This document shows positions 46,436-56,665 of a stretch of DNA of 64,000 nucleotides, piece by piece. A program made the position numbers and the translations under genes. The notes under the pieces are model-generated. The model ran no database searches, had not been told where the DNA came from, and saw only the letters and a list, made by a program, of their open reading frames with translations. The number at the start of each line of letters is the position of its first letter. Positions within the stretch are counted from its first letter, which is position 1. Source of the stretch: a virus; IMG/VR virus record IMGVR_UViG_3300031673_008942, positions 32,001 to 96,000 of that record; one strand, 5' to 3'.

Positions 46436-47749
46436 ATGAGTGATGATGATGATTGGGGCGGTTTTGATGATGAAATATCTTTTGATGATGCTCCAACTGA
46501 AGTTTCAGCCAAGGCTGAACCTGCGGATGAGGTAGTAAAGACTGAAACGGTAGTATCGAATGATGAGCCTGATGTCTCATTGGATGATTTAGTGGATGAA
46601 GACAATTCTCCTGAGAAGGTTGAGGAAAAGGTTCCTGAAGTTCCTGTTGAGAAAGCTGAGAAAGCTGAGGAAAAAGCTCCTGAAGCCCCTATTGAAAAAT
46701 CTAAGCCGAAGCCTAAGAAGAATGAAGGAAAGAAGGCATTTAAGCCTTTATCTAAGAAAGAGAAGTCCCTCCGTAAGATGTTGCGTCGTGCAGGATTGGA
46801 TGAAGAGGGCGGTTTGCCTCCGATTGAGGAATTACTTGCAGGGAAGCAGGGTAAGAAGGTAAAGATTTCTGACATTGCTATTTTTATTAGTGATGTGGAG
46901 GATGATGTTTTAAGCGAGTTTGCTAAGAAGTGTCCTCATCGAAATCGAGTAAATTTGAGTGCCGAGGTCGAGTTGGCTCAAATTGAAAGTGTTGGAGCTA
47001 AGATATTGGGTTCTGGTCGAATGTATCAGCCTATTCAGGTAGCTAATATTTCTGATGGTGGTGCGTTGGAATGTACTAGTGGTCGTCATCGTTTAATCTT
47101 TTTAGCAATGGCTTATGGCGTGGATGAGAGTGTTCCTGTGTATATTGAGGACATGACTCTAAATGAGGCTCGTGATGCTGTTGTTTATGCAAATCAGGGT
47201 CGTAAGACGAAGGCATTGGAGCAGGCGGAACATGCTGTTCTACAAGCTATTGGTGGTAACATTGAAGCTGAGCAGGATGAGATATATCTAAAGACCATTA
47301 CGAATAAGACAACGGTTAAGAAGTATTGCGTTTATAGCGTATTCGAGCGTGGACTTCCTCTGAAGTTTGCTTTCCCAGTGAGTATGACAAGTTCCCGTAA
47401 GGGTGGTGGGCTTACTACTTTGAAGGCTTTGGAAGCTTATTGGGGCTCTGCCTTGGAATGGAATAAGGGTATGGAAAGAATCGAGTTTGATGGCAAGCTG
47501 AAACAAAGTATTGAGTTTTTGAATGCTTTAGTGGAGGCTTTCCAGAAGGATGGTGCTTTTGAATCTGACCAACATATGGCTACGATGACTTTAAGTGCTA
47601 TTGGCAAGTATTATCGAGAGCGTCAATCCATGGTTGGCGATTCAATGAGTCTTGTTGGTAATGTTGCTACTTCAATCATTGCTATGGGTGAGATTGGTCG
47701 CCAGAAGCATGAGGTTACTTATGAAGCCTTGGCTTCAATGATGAAGTAG
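46436..47749 (+). CDS. ParB/Sulfiredoxin-domain protein with long acidic disordered N-terminus
   Basis: MYQPIQVA...ECTSGRHRL...VPV...EA......AN; AAGGAG RBS. Confidence 0.7.
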   Translation: MSDDDDWGGFDDEISFDDAPTEVSAKAEPADEVVKTETVVSNDEPDVSLDDLVDEDNSPEKVEEKVPEVPVEKAEKAEEKAPEAPIEKSKPKPKKNEGKKAFKPLSKKEKSLRKMLRRAGLDEEGGLPPIEELLAGKQGKKVKISDIAIFISDVEDDVLSEFAKKCPHRNRVNLSAEVELAQIESVGAKILGSGRMYQPIQVANISDGGALECTSGRHRLIFLAMAYGVDESVPVYIEDMTLNEARDAVVYANQGRKTKALEQAEHAVLQAIGGNIEAEQDEIYLKTITNKTTVKKYCVYSVFERGLPLKFAFPVSMTSSRKGGGLTTLKALEAYWGSALEWNKGMERIEFDGKLKQSIEFLNALVEAFQKDGAFESDQHMATMTLSAIGKYYRERQSMVGDSMSLVGNVATSIIAMGEIGRQKHEVTYEALASMMK

Positions 47750-47771
47750 GTAGTTTTCTCAGAGTTGTGCG

Positions 47772-47804
47772 AAAAGCCCCCTTCAGGCATGTTGGGGGCT
47801 TTTT
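47772..47804 (+). terminator. Intrinsic terminator
   Basis: AAAAGCCCCC-loop-GGGGGCTTTTT just after the stop codon. Confidence 0.8.
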
Positions 47805-47815
47805 AAATTAGGATT

Positions 47816-48781
47816 TTGTTTATGTATGAAGGGTTATGGCGTTTTGATGAAGGAGAGTTTAGTTTTGATAGAGATGGCTCAACAGCTCCCATCTTACATC
47901 ATATGGATTCCTTACTGGGGAGTTATTTTTTATCTGGCTATTCGGATGAGGCATTAAATATATGGGGTGACGGAAATGAGGCAAAATTTGTCGTGACCGG
48001 AATTACACCTGGGGGTGAAATCTATCACAGGGGGATTTTGGTTTCAGAGATGGATAAGTACTCAGAGAGGATTTGTTTATCTGGTCCAATTATTGAATCT
48101 CCTTCTTTATTATCATATTTTTGTGAGAGTTATCCTAGTTCAACAATTTATGTATGCCCCCTTGTTCACGAATTGGATTCTTTTGGGGTTTGTGCTACTC
48201 ATCTGAATAAAGATGGACATAAGCCATTCCGAGCAAATTTGTATCATCCGAATTATGATGAGATTCCTGATAGTATTGAAGATATGGAATTCGATGATGG
48301 CTTAGAGGGTGATGCTTTGGGTAGAATGGCTCATATTGTGGGGAACGGGGTGCCGGTTTTGAATGAGATACGTATTCCCGTAGGATGTTCTCCTTTTTAC
48401 GGAAAGATAATTTCAGACCGTCCGCTTGGAGAGATGGGCTTTTATGCTATAAAGGGAGATTTGATTGATTTATACTTTCCTTATGAGCCAGTGAGCTTGA
48501 AGTATTATGCCTCTGCTACTGCATTTGTTGAAGTTAAAAATACTGAAAAGTTTAAGGAAGTGTCAGGATATGAGGGAGAAACTTTGTCTATTTTGAATAT
48601 TTCTGATTATATCTATGATTTGCCAACTTTCATTAAATTTTATGTATTGATTGCGAAGACTGGTTTTGTGGCAATAAATGAGTCCGAATTGATAAAAGGG
48701 AGAAAAACAGTACCTGTTTTTCGATATAATAAAGGATATAGAGTAAATGCGAAAAGTTTAAAAAAATTGGGTGGGAAATGA
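47816..48781 (+). CDS. Hypothetical protein
   Basis: 321-aa ORF coupled to dnaE (ATGA). Confidence 0.65.
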   Translation: MFMYEGLWRFDEGEFSFDRDGSTAPILHHMDSLLGSYFLSGYSDEALNIWGDGNEAKFVVTGITPGGEIYHRGILVSEMDKYSERICLSGPIIESPSLLSYFCESYPSSTIYVCPLVHELDSFGVCATHLNKDGHKPFRANLYHPNYDEIPDSIEDMEFDDGLEGDALGRMAHIVGNGVPVLNEIRIPVGCSPFYGKIISDRPLGEMGFYAIKGDLIDLYFPYEPVSLKYYASATAFVEVKNTEKFKEVSGYEGETLSILNISDYIYDLPTFIKFYVLIAKTGFVAINESELIKGRKTVPVFRYNKGYRVNAKSLKKLGGK

Positions 48782-51700
48782 GCAATCTTGAGAAGTTTTA
48801 TTTTGAAAATGGAGTACCAAGGGAAGACCAGATTCTTCTTTCTAAAAATATAGTTATTACAGTTCCTGATTGTGACTTTGATTTAACTCCTGTTTTATTA
48901 AGATTGCGCCTATCTCCGTATGAGGTTGCCGTAACTTGGCCAAAGAAGGATGTCAATATGTTGGCTGAGATATGTGCTGTTAGTCCATTGTTTGTCCTTC
49001 AAGTGGGTCGGAAGTTTTTTAAGAAGTTCTCTTATATTAATGGAGATGGAGATTGCGAAGACAGGGAATTGAGGAAGAAGTTAAAAGGTGCGTTGGCTGA
49101 TATGTATGTGGGCTTGCATCATCATGATGAGTTTAGTATAAGAGATGGTCTTGGTACTGTTCACGACCTTATAGATTTATTGAAGTCTCAGCGAAGAAGT
49201 TTTTGCTGTGTGACAAATCATGGAAGTGTTGGTGGTTGGATTAAGCAATACAACGCATGTCGTAAGGCCGGGATAAAGCCTTTATTTGGGATGGAGGCAT
49301 ATGTAAATAATTATCGTGGTGATGACCCTGAGATGAAGAAGAAGCATCGTTCAAATAACCATCTCTTGTTGACTGCTAAAACCGAGGCTGGGTTCTACAA
49401 TATTATTCGTATTCATAATGATGCTCAGCAGAATGGCTTTTATTATTCACCCAGGGCAAACTGGGGAGCTTTTGAGCAATGGGGAGATGGTATTTGCGGT
49501 ACTTCAGCTTGTTTGGCGGGGGAAATTCCAAGGGCTCTTATGGATGATGACTGGGATAAGGCTGAGGAGATATATAAGTTTTATAATGAGGCGTTTGATG
49601 ATTTTTACATAGAGCTTCAGATTATTGAGTTTGAGATGCAGAGGGAGAGCAATAGGCGTTTGATTCAATTAGCTGAAAGAATTGATGCTCCAGTGGTTCT
49701 GGCATGTGATAGTCATTACTTGGAGCCAGAGCATTCGGAAACTCATGACCTTTTATTGATGATGCGACAGGGCAAGACTGTATTGGATAAAAGAGAGAAA
49801 GAGGAAGATGTCTGGAACTTTGATGTTCGTAATCTGTATTATCGGAATTCAAAGCAGATGGAAGATGTTTTTTATAATGGGTATACGGATATTGATGGTA
49901 ATGAGCAACCTCCATTTAAAGATGATGTTTTTACCGAGAAGGTATTTAGAAGGGGAATGTTTAATACTCGGAAGATAGCTCTAGCAGCGGAGGATATTTC
50001 TTTAGATGACTCTATTAAGTTACCCCGTCTCTATGACGATAGTGAGAAGATATTACGTGATAAAACGAATAAGGGATTTAAAAAGAGGGGGCTTCATCTA
50101 AAAGAAAATAAGTCTGAGTATCTTTCTCGACTAAAGCATGAATATAAGACAATTTGCAAATTAGGTTGGGCGGATTATTTCCTAGTAATGGAGAAAATCA
50201 TCTCGGATGCTGATAGGGATTTCTCAGACAGGGTTGGAGAGTGGTCTATTGGTTATGGGCGTGGGTCTGCGGCAGGTAGTTTATTATCCTACTGTATCGG
50301 GCTGACTGATGTTGACCCTATTGAGCATGGGTTACTTTTTGAAAGGTTTTTGGATGAAGGGCGTTCTGACCCTCCTGATATTGATACGGATTTTCATCCT
50401 GATATTAGGGATGATGTTAAGAAGAATATTATTGATTCATTTGGGGCGACTAATACTTGTAGTATTGGGACTTACAGCACTTATAAGACCCGTGCTGTTG
50501 TCTTGGATGTGGCGAGGACTCTCGGATTGGATGTTTATGAGGCAAATGCTGTAACCAAGAAGCTAGACCCTTTGAGGTCTTTTAATGAAGAGGAAAGCGG
50601 AGATGGTGAGATTGTTGACGATATGTCTTTTGATGATATCTGCTATCATTATCCCGACTTAAAGGATTATTTTGAAAAGTATCCTGAAGTGAGGTTTCAT
50701 TCTGAGGTCATTCGTAATCAGATTAAGAATATGGGCAAACATGCTGGAGGGGTAATTATTAGCGACCTTGACCTTCGAGACCGTATACCTGTCTTGATGG
50801 ATAAGAATGGTGATACATTGTCGGCCTGGTGTGAGTCGGGGAATGTGGCAGAGTTGAGTGCTGTTGGTTTGGTTAAATTTGATATTCTTGGTTTGAAGAA
50901 TCTTCCAATTATTAGTGACTGTATTCGACTAATTGAAGAGACCACCGGAGATAAGATTAAGCGAGAAGATATTCCTACGGATGATTATAGAGCGATTAAG
51001 CAGGGTTCTCATCGTGATATGGTTGGCATTTTCCAGTTTGAGAACCCTGCAACTATGGAAATTGTAAGGGAGGTGGGCATGGAGTCGTTGAATGATGTGT
51101 CTGCTATCACTTCCCTTATTCGCCCAGGTCCGAAAGATATGGGAATGGACATGATATATGCAAATCGTAAGAAGGGGGAGCCTTATGAAATGCCAGAATT
51201 TCTCCGAGAGCAGTTGAAGGAGACTTATGGTGTTGTCACATATCAAGAACAATGTATGCGTGTCTCTCAAGTCTTAGCCGGATTTACTCCTTCAGAGTCT
51301 AACAAATTAAGGAAGGCTATCGGTAAGAAGATACCAACCTTAATGGCAGAGATGAAAGAGAAATTTATTAAAGGGGCTAAGGAAAGGGTTGATAAGGGCG
51401 AGATAACTCAGCAAGAGGTTGAGGATATTTGGGATATTTTAGAAAGTTTTGCAGGATATGGTTTCAACAAATCGCATGCTTTAGCTTACAGTGTTATTAC
51501 CACCATCGAGCTATGGTTGAAATATCATTACCCTACTCAATATTTAACGTCTCTTTTATGTAATACCAAGCAGGGGGCGAAGAAGGGGTATGCGAAGAAT
51601 TTGCTGACTTATTATATCAATTATTGTCGTAAGAATCATATAGAGGTTTTGCCTCCTGATATTAATAATAGCAAGCAAGGTTTCACGATTCAAGACCATA

Positions 51701-52359
51701 AGATAGTGTATAGTTTTGGTCATATTAAGAATGTGGGGACTTCTGCTAGTGCGATTGTTGCTGCTCAGCCTTACGAGTCTATGGAGGACTTTTTTGAGAG
51801 AGCCCAGGTTGAGAGAAAGGTGAAGGATAAGGTTCGCTATCAGAAGCTAAACAAGAAAGTGGTTTTGGCTTTATGTACAGCAGGTGCTTTTGATTGTTGG
51901 GGAACTCGAAATGAGATGATGAATGAATATTTCAAATTGCGTAATAAGAAGAATGAGGAAGCTCCAGAGTATGATGAGGATAAATGGATGGCCTTAGAGG
52001 AAGAGGCTTGTGGAATATGTTTATCAATTCCTTCATTGCGGATGGATTATGCGGAGATGATTGAGGAGAAGAAGTGGCAGACGATTGAGCGAAGAGGCGA
52101 TGTTACCCGTCCAATGGTATTTGGGCGTATTACAAATATTAGGCCACAAACTTCAAAAAGAAGTGGTAATCAGATGTATAATTGTGAAGTGTCTGATGGT
52201 ATGGATACGCTTAATTTCTATGTCTTTACGGCGGCTATGGATAGTTGGAGGCATAATGTTAAGAGTGGTTATATTGTGGCTATACCAATGAAAAGCTTTG
52301 AAGACAGTGATACCTATTTTTATGATGATAGGCGTGAAGTAATTGTGGTAAAAAAATAA
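48778..52359 (+). CDS. dnaE: DNA polymerase III alpha subunit (family C) with PHP domain and ~105-aa N-terminal extension
   Basis: LHHHDEFSIRDG, TNHG, GRGSAAGSL, FERFL, PDIDTDF, HAGG, KFDILGL, GIFQFE, YQEQ, YGFNKSHA. Confidence 0.96.
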   Translation: MSNLEKFYFENGVPREDQILLSKNIVITVPDCDFDLTPVLLRLRLSPYEVAVTWPKKDVNMLAEICAVSPLFVLQVGRKFFKKFSYINGDGDCEDRELRKKLKGALADMYVGLHHHDEFSIRDGLGTVHDLIDLLKSQRRSFCCVTNHGSVGGWIKQYNACRKAGIKPLFGMEAYVNNYRGDDPEMKKKHRSNNHLLLTAKTEAGFYNIIRIHNDAQQNGFYYSPRANWGAFEQWGDGICGTSACLAGEIPRALMDDDWDKAEEIYKFYNEAFDDFYIELQIIEFEMQRESNRRLIQLAERIDAPVVLACDSHYLEPEHSETHDLLLMMRQGKTVLDKREKEEDVWNFDVRNLYYRNSKQMEDVFYNGYTDIDGNEQPPFKDDVFTEKVFRRGMFNTRKIALAAEDISLDDSIKLPRLYDDSEKILRDKTNKGFKKRGLHLKENKSEYLSRLKHEYKTICKLGWADYFLVMEKIISDADRDFSDRVGEWSIGYGRGSAAGSLLSYCIGLTDVDPIEHGLLFERFLDEGRSDPPDIDTDFHPDIRDDVKKNIIDSFGATNTCSIGTYSTYKTRAVVLDVARTLGLDVYEANAVTKKLDPLRSFNEEESGDGEIVDDMSFDDICYHYPDLKDYFEKYPEVRFHSEVIRNQIKNMGKHAGGVIISDLDLRDRIPVLMDKNGDTLSAWCESGNVAELSAVGLVKFDILGLKNLPIISDCIRLIEETTGDKIKREDIPTDDYRAIKQGSHRDMVGIFQFENPATMEIVREVGMESLNDVSAITSLIRPGPKDMGMDMIYANRKKGEPYEMPEFLREQLKETYGVVTYQEQCMRVSQVLAGFTPSESNKLRKAIGKKIPTLMAEMKEKFIKGAKERVDKGEITQQEVEDIWDILESFAGYGFNKSHALAYSVITTIELWLKYHYPTQYLTSLLCNTKQGAKKGYAKNLLTYYINYCRKNHIEVLPPDINNSKQGFTIQDHKIVYSFGHIKNVGTSASAIVAAQPYESMEDFFERAQVERKVKDKVRYQKLNKKVVLALCTAGAFDCWGTRNEMMNEYFKLRNKKNEEAPEYDEDKWMALEEEACGICLSIPSLRMDYAEMIEEKKWQTIERRGDVTRPMVFGRITNIRPQTSKRSGNQMYNCEVSDGMDTLNFYVFTAAMDSWRHNVKSGYIVAIPMKSFEDSDTYFYDDRREVIVVKK

Positions 52360-52374
52360 ATAAAGGAGAAAAAT

Positions 52375-52725
52375 ATGATTAAGACTGGTGTCTATTTTAA
52401 GGCAAAGACTACGACAAAGGATGATGTGTTCGGAGACTGTATCTGGAGGGTGGTAGAAGATGGCTTGATGCCTCCTGAAGAAGAGCGTCGAGAGGCCCAT
52501 AGCGATGGGGTTAAATGTATTTTGATTGGTGGGACTGGACCTGCTGCTCGTCTTAAAAGGGGACTATCTCTAAGGGATAGCGTCTGGAAGATAAATATTG
52601 ATATTTCTAATGGTACGACAGAGATAATCTCAGAGTCTGAGGGGAAAAAGTTTGAAGAATATTATGGAGACGATTCTAAGCCGAACCAGATTGCCGGAGG
52701 AAGTGGCATAGAAGTGGACTATTAA
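52375..52725 (+). CDS. Hypothetical protein
   Basis: AAGGAG RBS, 116 aa. Confidence 0.65.
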   Translation: MIKTGVYFKAKTTTKDDVFGDCIWRVVEDGLMPPEEERREAHSDGVKCILIGGTGPAARLKRGLSLRDSVWKINIDISNGTTEIISESEGKKFEEYYGDDSKPNQIAGGSGIEVDY

Positions 52726-52736
52726 GGGGGTATCTC

Positions 52737-53294
52737 ATGGATATGATTTTAGATAAGAAATTGGTAAGTTCTGATTGGTTGGATATTTGGAATATTGCCT
52801 ATGGTCCCCATTATAAAGTTACTGCAAAACGTTTTGATGGTACTTTTGAAGAGTTTGAGGATGTGAGGGGGTATGTAAAGAGTCAATCGGTTGATGCTGA
52901 AGGGCGTATTGCTTTTACGATGGAGGCCAAAAATCGCTTTAACGAGATGGTGATTCGTTATCCTTTTTATTATTTAAACAAGACCGATTTGGGTAATACT
53001 CTTTGCAGCTTTAAGAATTATAAAAATGAGATTAATAATTCTTTCGGCATGAGCTACAGTTTATTCGCATTGGAGTGGGATAGTTGCATTATTGCCCATT
53101 ACGATGGAGGCAGTATTACTATTTATCTTCTGAATAGAAAGGACTGGCAAGAGCGAGGAAGGATTGGTCATAATAATCGAGAGCTTCAGGTGTTTTTAGA
53201 CCATGATGAGATTGATGTTCGGTTTGATAATATCGCTATCCTTCATGGAGGAATTCAAAATTGGCTCAGCGACTGCCTTGACAAGAAAAAGTAA
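52737..53294 (+). CDS. Hypothetical protein
   Basis: AAGGGGG RBS, 185 aa. Confidence 0.6.
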   Translation: MDMILDKKLVSSDWLDIWNIAYGPHYKVTAKRFDGTFEEFEDVRGYVKSQSVDAEGRIAFTMEAKNRFNEMVIRYPFYYLNKTDLGNTLCSFKNYKNEINNSFGMSYSLFALEWDSCIIAHYDGGSITIYLLNRKDWQERGRIGHNNRELQVFLDHDEIDVRFDNIAILHGGIQNWLSDCLDKKK

Positions 53295-54162
53295 TATCAC
53301 GATAGTCATTTCTTTCCAGGCAGGTACTGAGGACATTCTCGGTATCTGCTTGAATAGTATTAAGCGCCATACAGTCATGCCTCATAAGATTCTGGTTATT
53401 ACACGAGATAAAGAGCTTGAGGACTTGTATAACCTAGTTAAGGGTTATGATGATATAAGAATTATGGAATTGGACATTGGAGAAGCTCCTGAAAGTGGCT
53501 CCAAGGTTCACGGCAAGATGCTTGATATGGCTATTCCTAGCGAGATAGATACTCCTTATTTTATTACTTTGGATTCTGATTGTTTCCCTGTGGCTGATGG
53601 GTGGCTTGATTATCTATTCAGTCTGAAAAAGGATTGTGTTGGTATTCTTCATCCGTGGGAGCCTCCTCCTGACTCTTTAGATAAGAGTACTATTGAATAT
53701 CGAGTGCGGTATCAGCATTCTTTTAATATGACCCATGTGGCGTGTCAGATGTTGTCAGTAGATTTGTTTAATGAGTTGTATGTGCCCTTTAATGGCGGAG
53801 ATGATACGGGATTGATGATTCCTAATAAGGTTTTGTCTAAAGGTTTGAAGATTGGGGGTTTGAAAATAAGCAGATGTCCTTATCCGTTGGCTGAATTAGA
53901 CCCTGAGTTTAATCGTTATATGGGGTTGGTGTTTGGGGATATGATTTATCATCATGGTGGGTGGACAAGAGTTAGTGTTTTTGGAGATTCTCCTGTTTGG
54001 GAACAAAATTATGGATGGGTTAAGGATAGGATTATAGAAGAAGATGGGGCTGAGTGGATTTTAGAGGATGGTTATGAGTTCCAGTTTGACAAGGAGGAGG
54101 AGGTAGCAAAGGAAAAGATGGATAGGTTGTTTGGGTTACGGTCTCAATTAATGAAGGGATGA
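53203..54162 (+). CDS. GT-A fold (GT2-like) glycosyltransferase, paralog A; true start probably near TTG 53278
   Basis: ICLNSI..HT, HG.MLD, FITLDSDCFP (DxD), GDDTG, YHHGG. Confidence 0.75.
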   Translation: MMRLMFGLIISLSFMEEFKIGSATALTRKSNITIVISFQAGTEDILGICLNSIKRHTVMPHKILVITRDKELEDLYNLVKGYDDIRIMELDIGEAPESGSKVHGKMLDMAIPSEIDTPYFITLDSDCFPVADGWLDYLFSLKKDCVGILHPWEPPPDSLDKSTIEYRVRYQHSFNMTHVACQMLSVDLFNELYVPFNGGDDTGLMIPNKVLSKGLKIGGLKISRCPYPLAELDPEFNRYMGLVFGDMIYHHGGWTRVSVFGDSPVWEQNYGWVKDRIIEEDGAEWILEDGYEFQFDKEEEVAKEKMDRLFGLRSQLMKG

Positions 54163-54323
54163 ATTTCACGAATCATAAAACGGAATATTTGATGGAGATG
54201 CTTAAAGCAATTAATTCGAGCAGGCATCCATTTGTAAGCAGGAAGAGCGATATAATAAAAGAATTGAAAAGGAGAGTGCCTCCAGGGTGCCTATTGGTGA
54301 CGAATAATGAAAGACAAAACTGA
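54159..54323 (+). CDS. Small 54-aa ORF not in the supplied track (MNFTNHKTEYLMEMLKAIN...)
   Basis: ATGA overlap with the upstream stop; fills the gap and overlaps the next start. Confidence 0.5.
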   Translation: MNFTNHKTEYLMEMLKAINSSRHPFVSRKSDIIKELKRRVPPGCLLVTNNERQN

Positions 54324-55230
54324 TGTAATAATAGCTTATAGCAATGGAACGGCAGATATGTTGGATATTTGCTTGTCTAACCTATTTAAATATACCGATG
54401 AAGAAGAGATTGAGGTTGTAATCGTTCATGATGAGAGAGAAGATTTTGATGCTTTAGTGGATGATTATTCGGTATCTGTAAAAAGCTATCCTGTATCTGA
54501 AAGGGGTTTAAGTGGGGCGAAGGCTCATGGAACCCTTATAGATGCTGCGGTGGCTGATACTTCTAATGCTTACATACTTACATTGGACTCTGACTGTTTC
54601 CCTATTGCTACGGGGTGGTTGGATTGTTTGCATAGTTTTATCTGTGAGAGTATGGGAGATACGCCAGTGTCTGGTATCTGCCATCCTTGGGCTCCTCCTC
54701 CTGAAGAATTAAAGAAAAGTCATATTGAATGGCGTATTCGGTCAGGACATTGTTGGCTTAATACTCATGTGGCTTGCCAATTGGTTCTAAGGTCTTTCTT
54801 AGAGGATAATGGGTTAAAGTATTGTGCTGGCGATGATACTGGTTTGGAAATTCCCATGAAGGCTCGTGAGATGGGTTTTGATGTGGGTATAATGCTGCCA
54901 ACAAATTGTGTTCTGCCTAATGGGGAATATGTGAAAAGATTCAATCCAGAGCTTAATCGTCATGTTGGTATAATTTGGGGTGACTATATTTATCACCATG
55001 GTGGGGTTACCAGGAAGGTGAATGATTGTACTGTTGATATGGAGACTGTATTCTCGAATGCTCTGGAGCAGGTAGTTAAGAGACGTGGGGCTGCTTGGCT
55101 GCATGATGAGAAGGAAAGTTCTCATTGGTATACTTTTGAGAATGAAGAAGCTGTGGCAGATTATAAGATGGAGTTAATGAAGCCTCAGATAATTAACTAT
55201 TTAACTAATAATCAGAGTTTATTTAAATGA
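54307..55230 (+). CDS. GT-A fold (GT2-like) glycosyltransferase, paralog B
   Basis: ILTLDSDCFP, HPWAPPP, THVACQ, GDDTG, YHHGG, all shared with paralog A. Confidence 0.75.
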   Translation: MKDKTDVIIAYSNGTADMLDICLSNLFKYTDEEEIEVVIVHDEREDFDALVDDYSVSVKSYPVSERGLSGAKAHGTLIDAAVADTSNAYILTLDSDCFPIATGWLDCLHSFICESMGDTPVSGICHPWAPPPEELKKSHIEWRIRSGHCWLNTHVACQLVLRSFLEDNGLKYCAGDDTGLEIPMKAREMGFDVGIMLPTNCVLPNGEYVKRFNPELNRHVGIIWGDYIYHHGGVTRKVNDCTVDMETVFSNALEQVVKRRGAAWLHDEKESSHWYTFENEEAVADYKMELMKPQIINYLTNNQSLFK

Positions 55231-55955
55231 TAAAGTTGGCACGGGGCGATTGCCTAGAGAAGATGAAAGGTATCCCTGACGGTAAAATAGATATGGTCTT
55301 ATGCGACCCTCCTTATGGGGTGACTAGTTGCAAGTGGGATTCGGTTATACCGTTGGCCCCAATGTGGAGAGAACTAAAAAGAGTGGTTAAGCCGAGTGGG
55401 GCGATTGTTTTACATGCTTCACAGCCTTTTACAACGACTTTGGTGGGTTCTAATAAGGAGATGTTCAAATATGGATGGATATGGCTCAAGAATGTTCCTA
55501 CGGGAATGGCGCAGGCATCTTATCAGCCTATGAAGTATCATGAAGAATTATTAGTGTTTGTTCAGTCTGGGAAGCCTACTTTTAACAAGCAGATGATTGA
55601 GCGTGAGGGGGAACGTAAGGATTGTTATCGTTATGAGCATTATTGTGGTGAGAACAATCATGTAAAGATGGATAAAGTGAAGAAACATTATGACCCAGAC
55701 TTTGTTAATCCTGGTACAGTGTTGCTTTTCAATTGTGTTCCGAATAGAAAGGGGAAATTACATCCGGTTGAGAAACCAGTTCCCTTGTTGGAATATATGA
55801 TTAAGACCTATACCAATGAAGGGGATGTTGTTTTAGATTTTGCAATGGGTAGCGGTTCTACGGGAGTTGCTGCTGTGGGGAATAATAGAAGCTTTATTGG
55901 TATAGAATTAGATGATGAATATTTTAAGATAGCAAAAGAGAGGATAAGTCCATGA
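55227..55955 (+). CDS. Beta-class N6-adenine/N4-cytosine DNA methyltransferase
   Basis: GDCLE, DPPYG, HP.EKP, LDFAMGSGSTG, IGIELD. Confidence 0.92.
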   Translation: MIKLARGDCLEKMKGIPDGKIDMVLCDPPYGVTSCKWDSVIPLAPMWRELKRVVKPSGAIVLHASQPFTTTLVGSNKEMFKYGWIWLKNVPTGMAQASYQPMKYHEELLVFVQSGKPTFNKQMIEREGERKDCYRYEHYCGENNHVKMDKVKKHYDPDFVNPGTVLLFNCVPNRKGKLHPVEKPVPLLEYMIKTYTNEGDVVLDFAMGSGSTGVAAVGNNRSFIGIELDDEYFKIAKERISP

Positions 55956-56665
55956 AGGGAATAATTTTAGCGGGTGGTACAGGGTCTCGTTTAATGCCAT
56001 TGACCAAGGTTACGAATAAGCACTTATTGCCGATTGGTGGCAAGCCTATGTTGCAACATTGTGTAGATAAACTTGTTGGAGCAAATGTTGACGAGATAAT
56101 GGTTGTTACAGGGGGCGAGCACATCGGTCATATTGCTGAGTTCCTTGGAAGTGGTAAGGATTTTGATTGCAATGTGACTTATCGCATTCAGGATAGGGCA
56201 GGCGGTATTGCGGAGGCTTTAGGGTTGGCGAGAGGGTTTATCTCTAAGGGCGAAAGCATGATAGTTTTATTGGGTGATAACGTCTTTGAGGATGAGCTTT
56301 CAGATTTTGTTATGTTCCATGAATTGAATGGAGGGGCTACCTTGATGTTGAAGGAGGTGGATGACCCTGAGCGTTTTGGAGTAGCTGAGATTGATGGCAA
56401 GAACCATGTTCTTTCTATTGAGGAAAAGCCAGATAGTCCTAAGAGTAATATGGCGGTGACGGGTATTTATTGTTATGACGATAATGTTTTTGACTATATT
56501 GATGGTCTGACTCCAAGTGAAAGAAACGAGTTGGAGATAACGGATGTTAATAATATGTACGTCAAAGATGGAAGAGTTAATTTTATGAAGTTTAATGGGT
56601 GGTGGACGGATGCAGGAACTCATGAGAGTTATGCTAAGGCAAATGAACTAATAAGAGGAAAATGA
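55952..56665 (+). CDS. rmlA: Glucose-1-phosphate thymidylyltransferase (RmlA/SpsI-like)
   Basis: GIILAGGTGSRL.PLT....KHLLP, LGDN, EEKP, ELEITD, W.DAGT. Confidence 0.9.
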   Translation: MKGIILAGGTGSRLMPLTKVTNKHLLPIGGKPMLQHCVDKLVGANVDEIMVVTGGEHIGHIAEFLGSGKDFDCNVTYRIQDRAGGIAEALGLARGFISKGESMIVLLGDNVFEDELSDFVMFHELNGGATLMLKEVDDPERFGVAEIDGKNHVLSIEEKPDSPKSNMAVTGIYCYDDNVFDYIDGLTPSERNELEITDVNNMYVKDGRVNFMKFNGWWTDAGTHESYAKANELIRGK

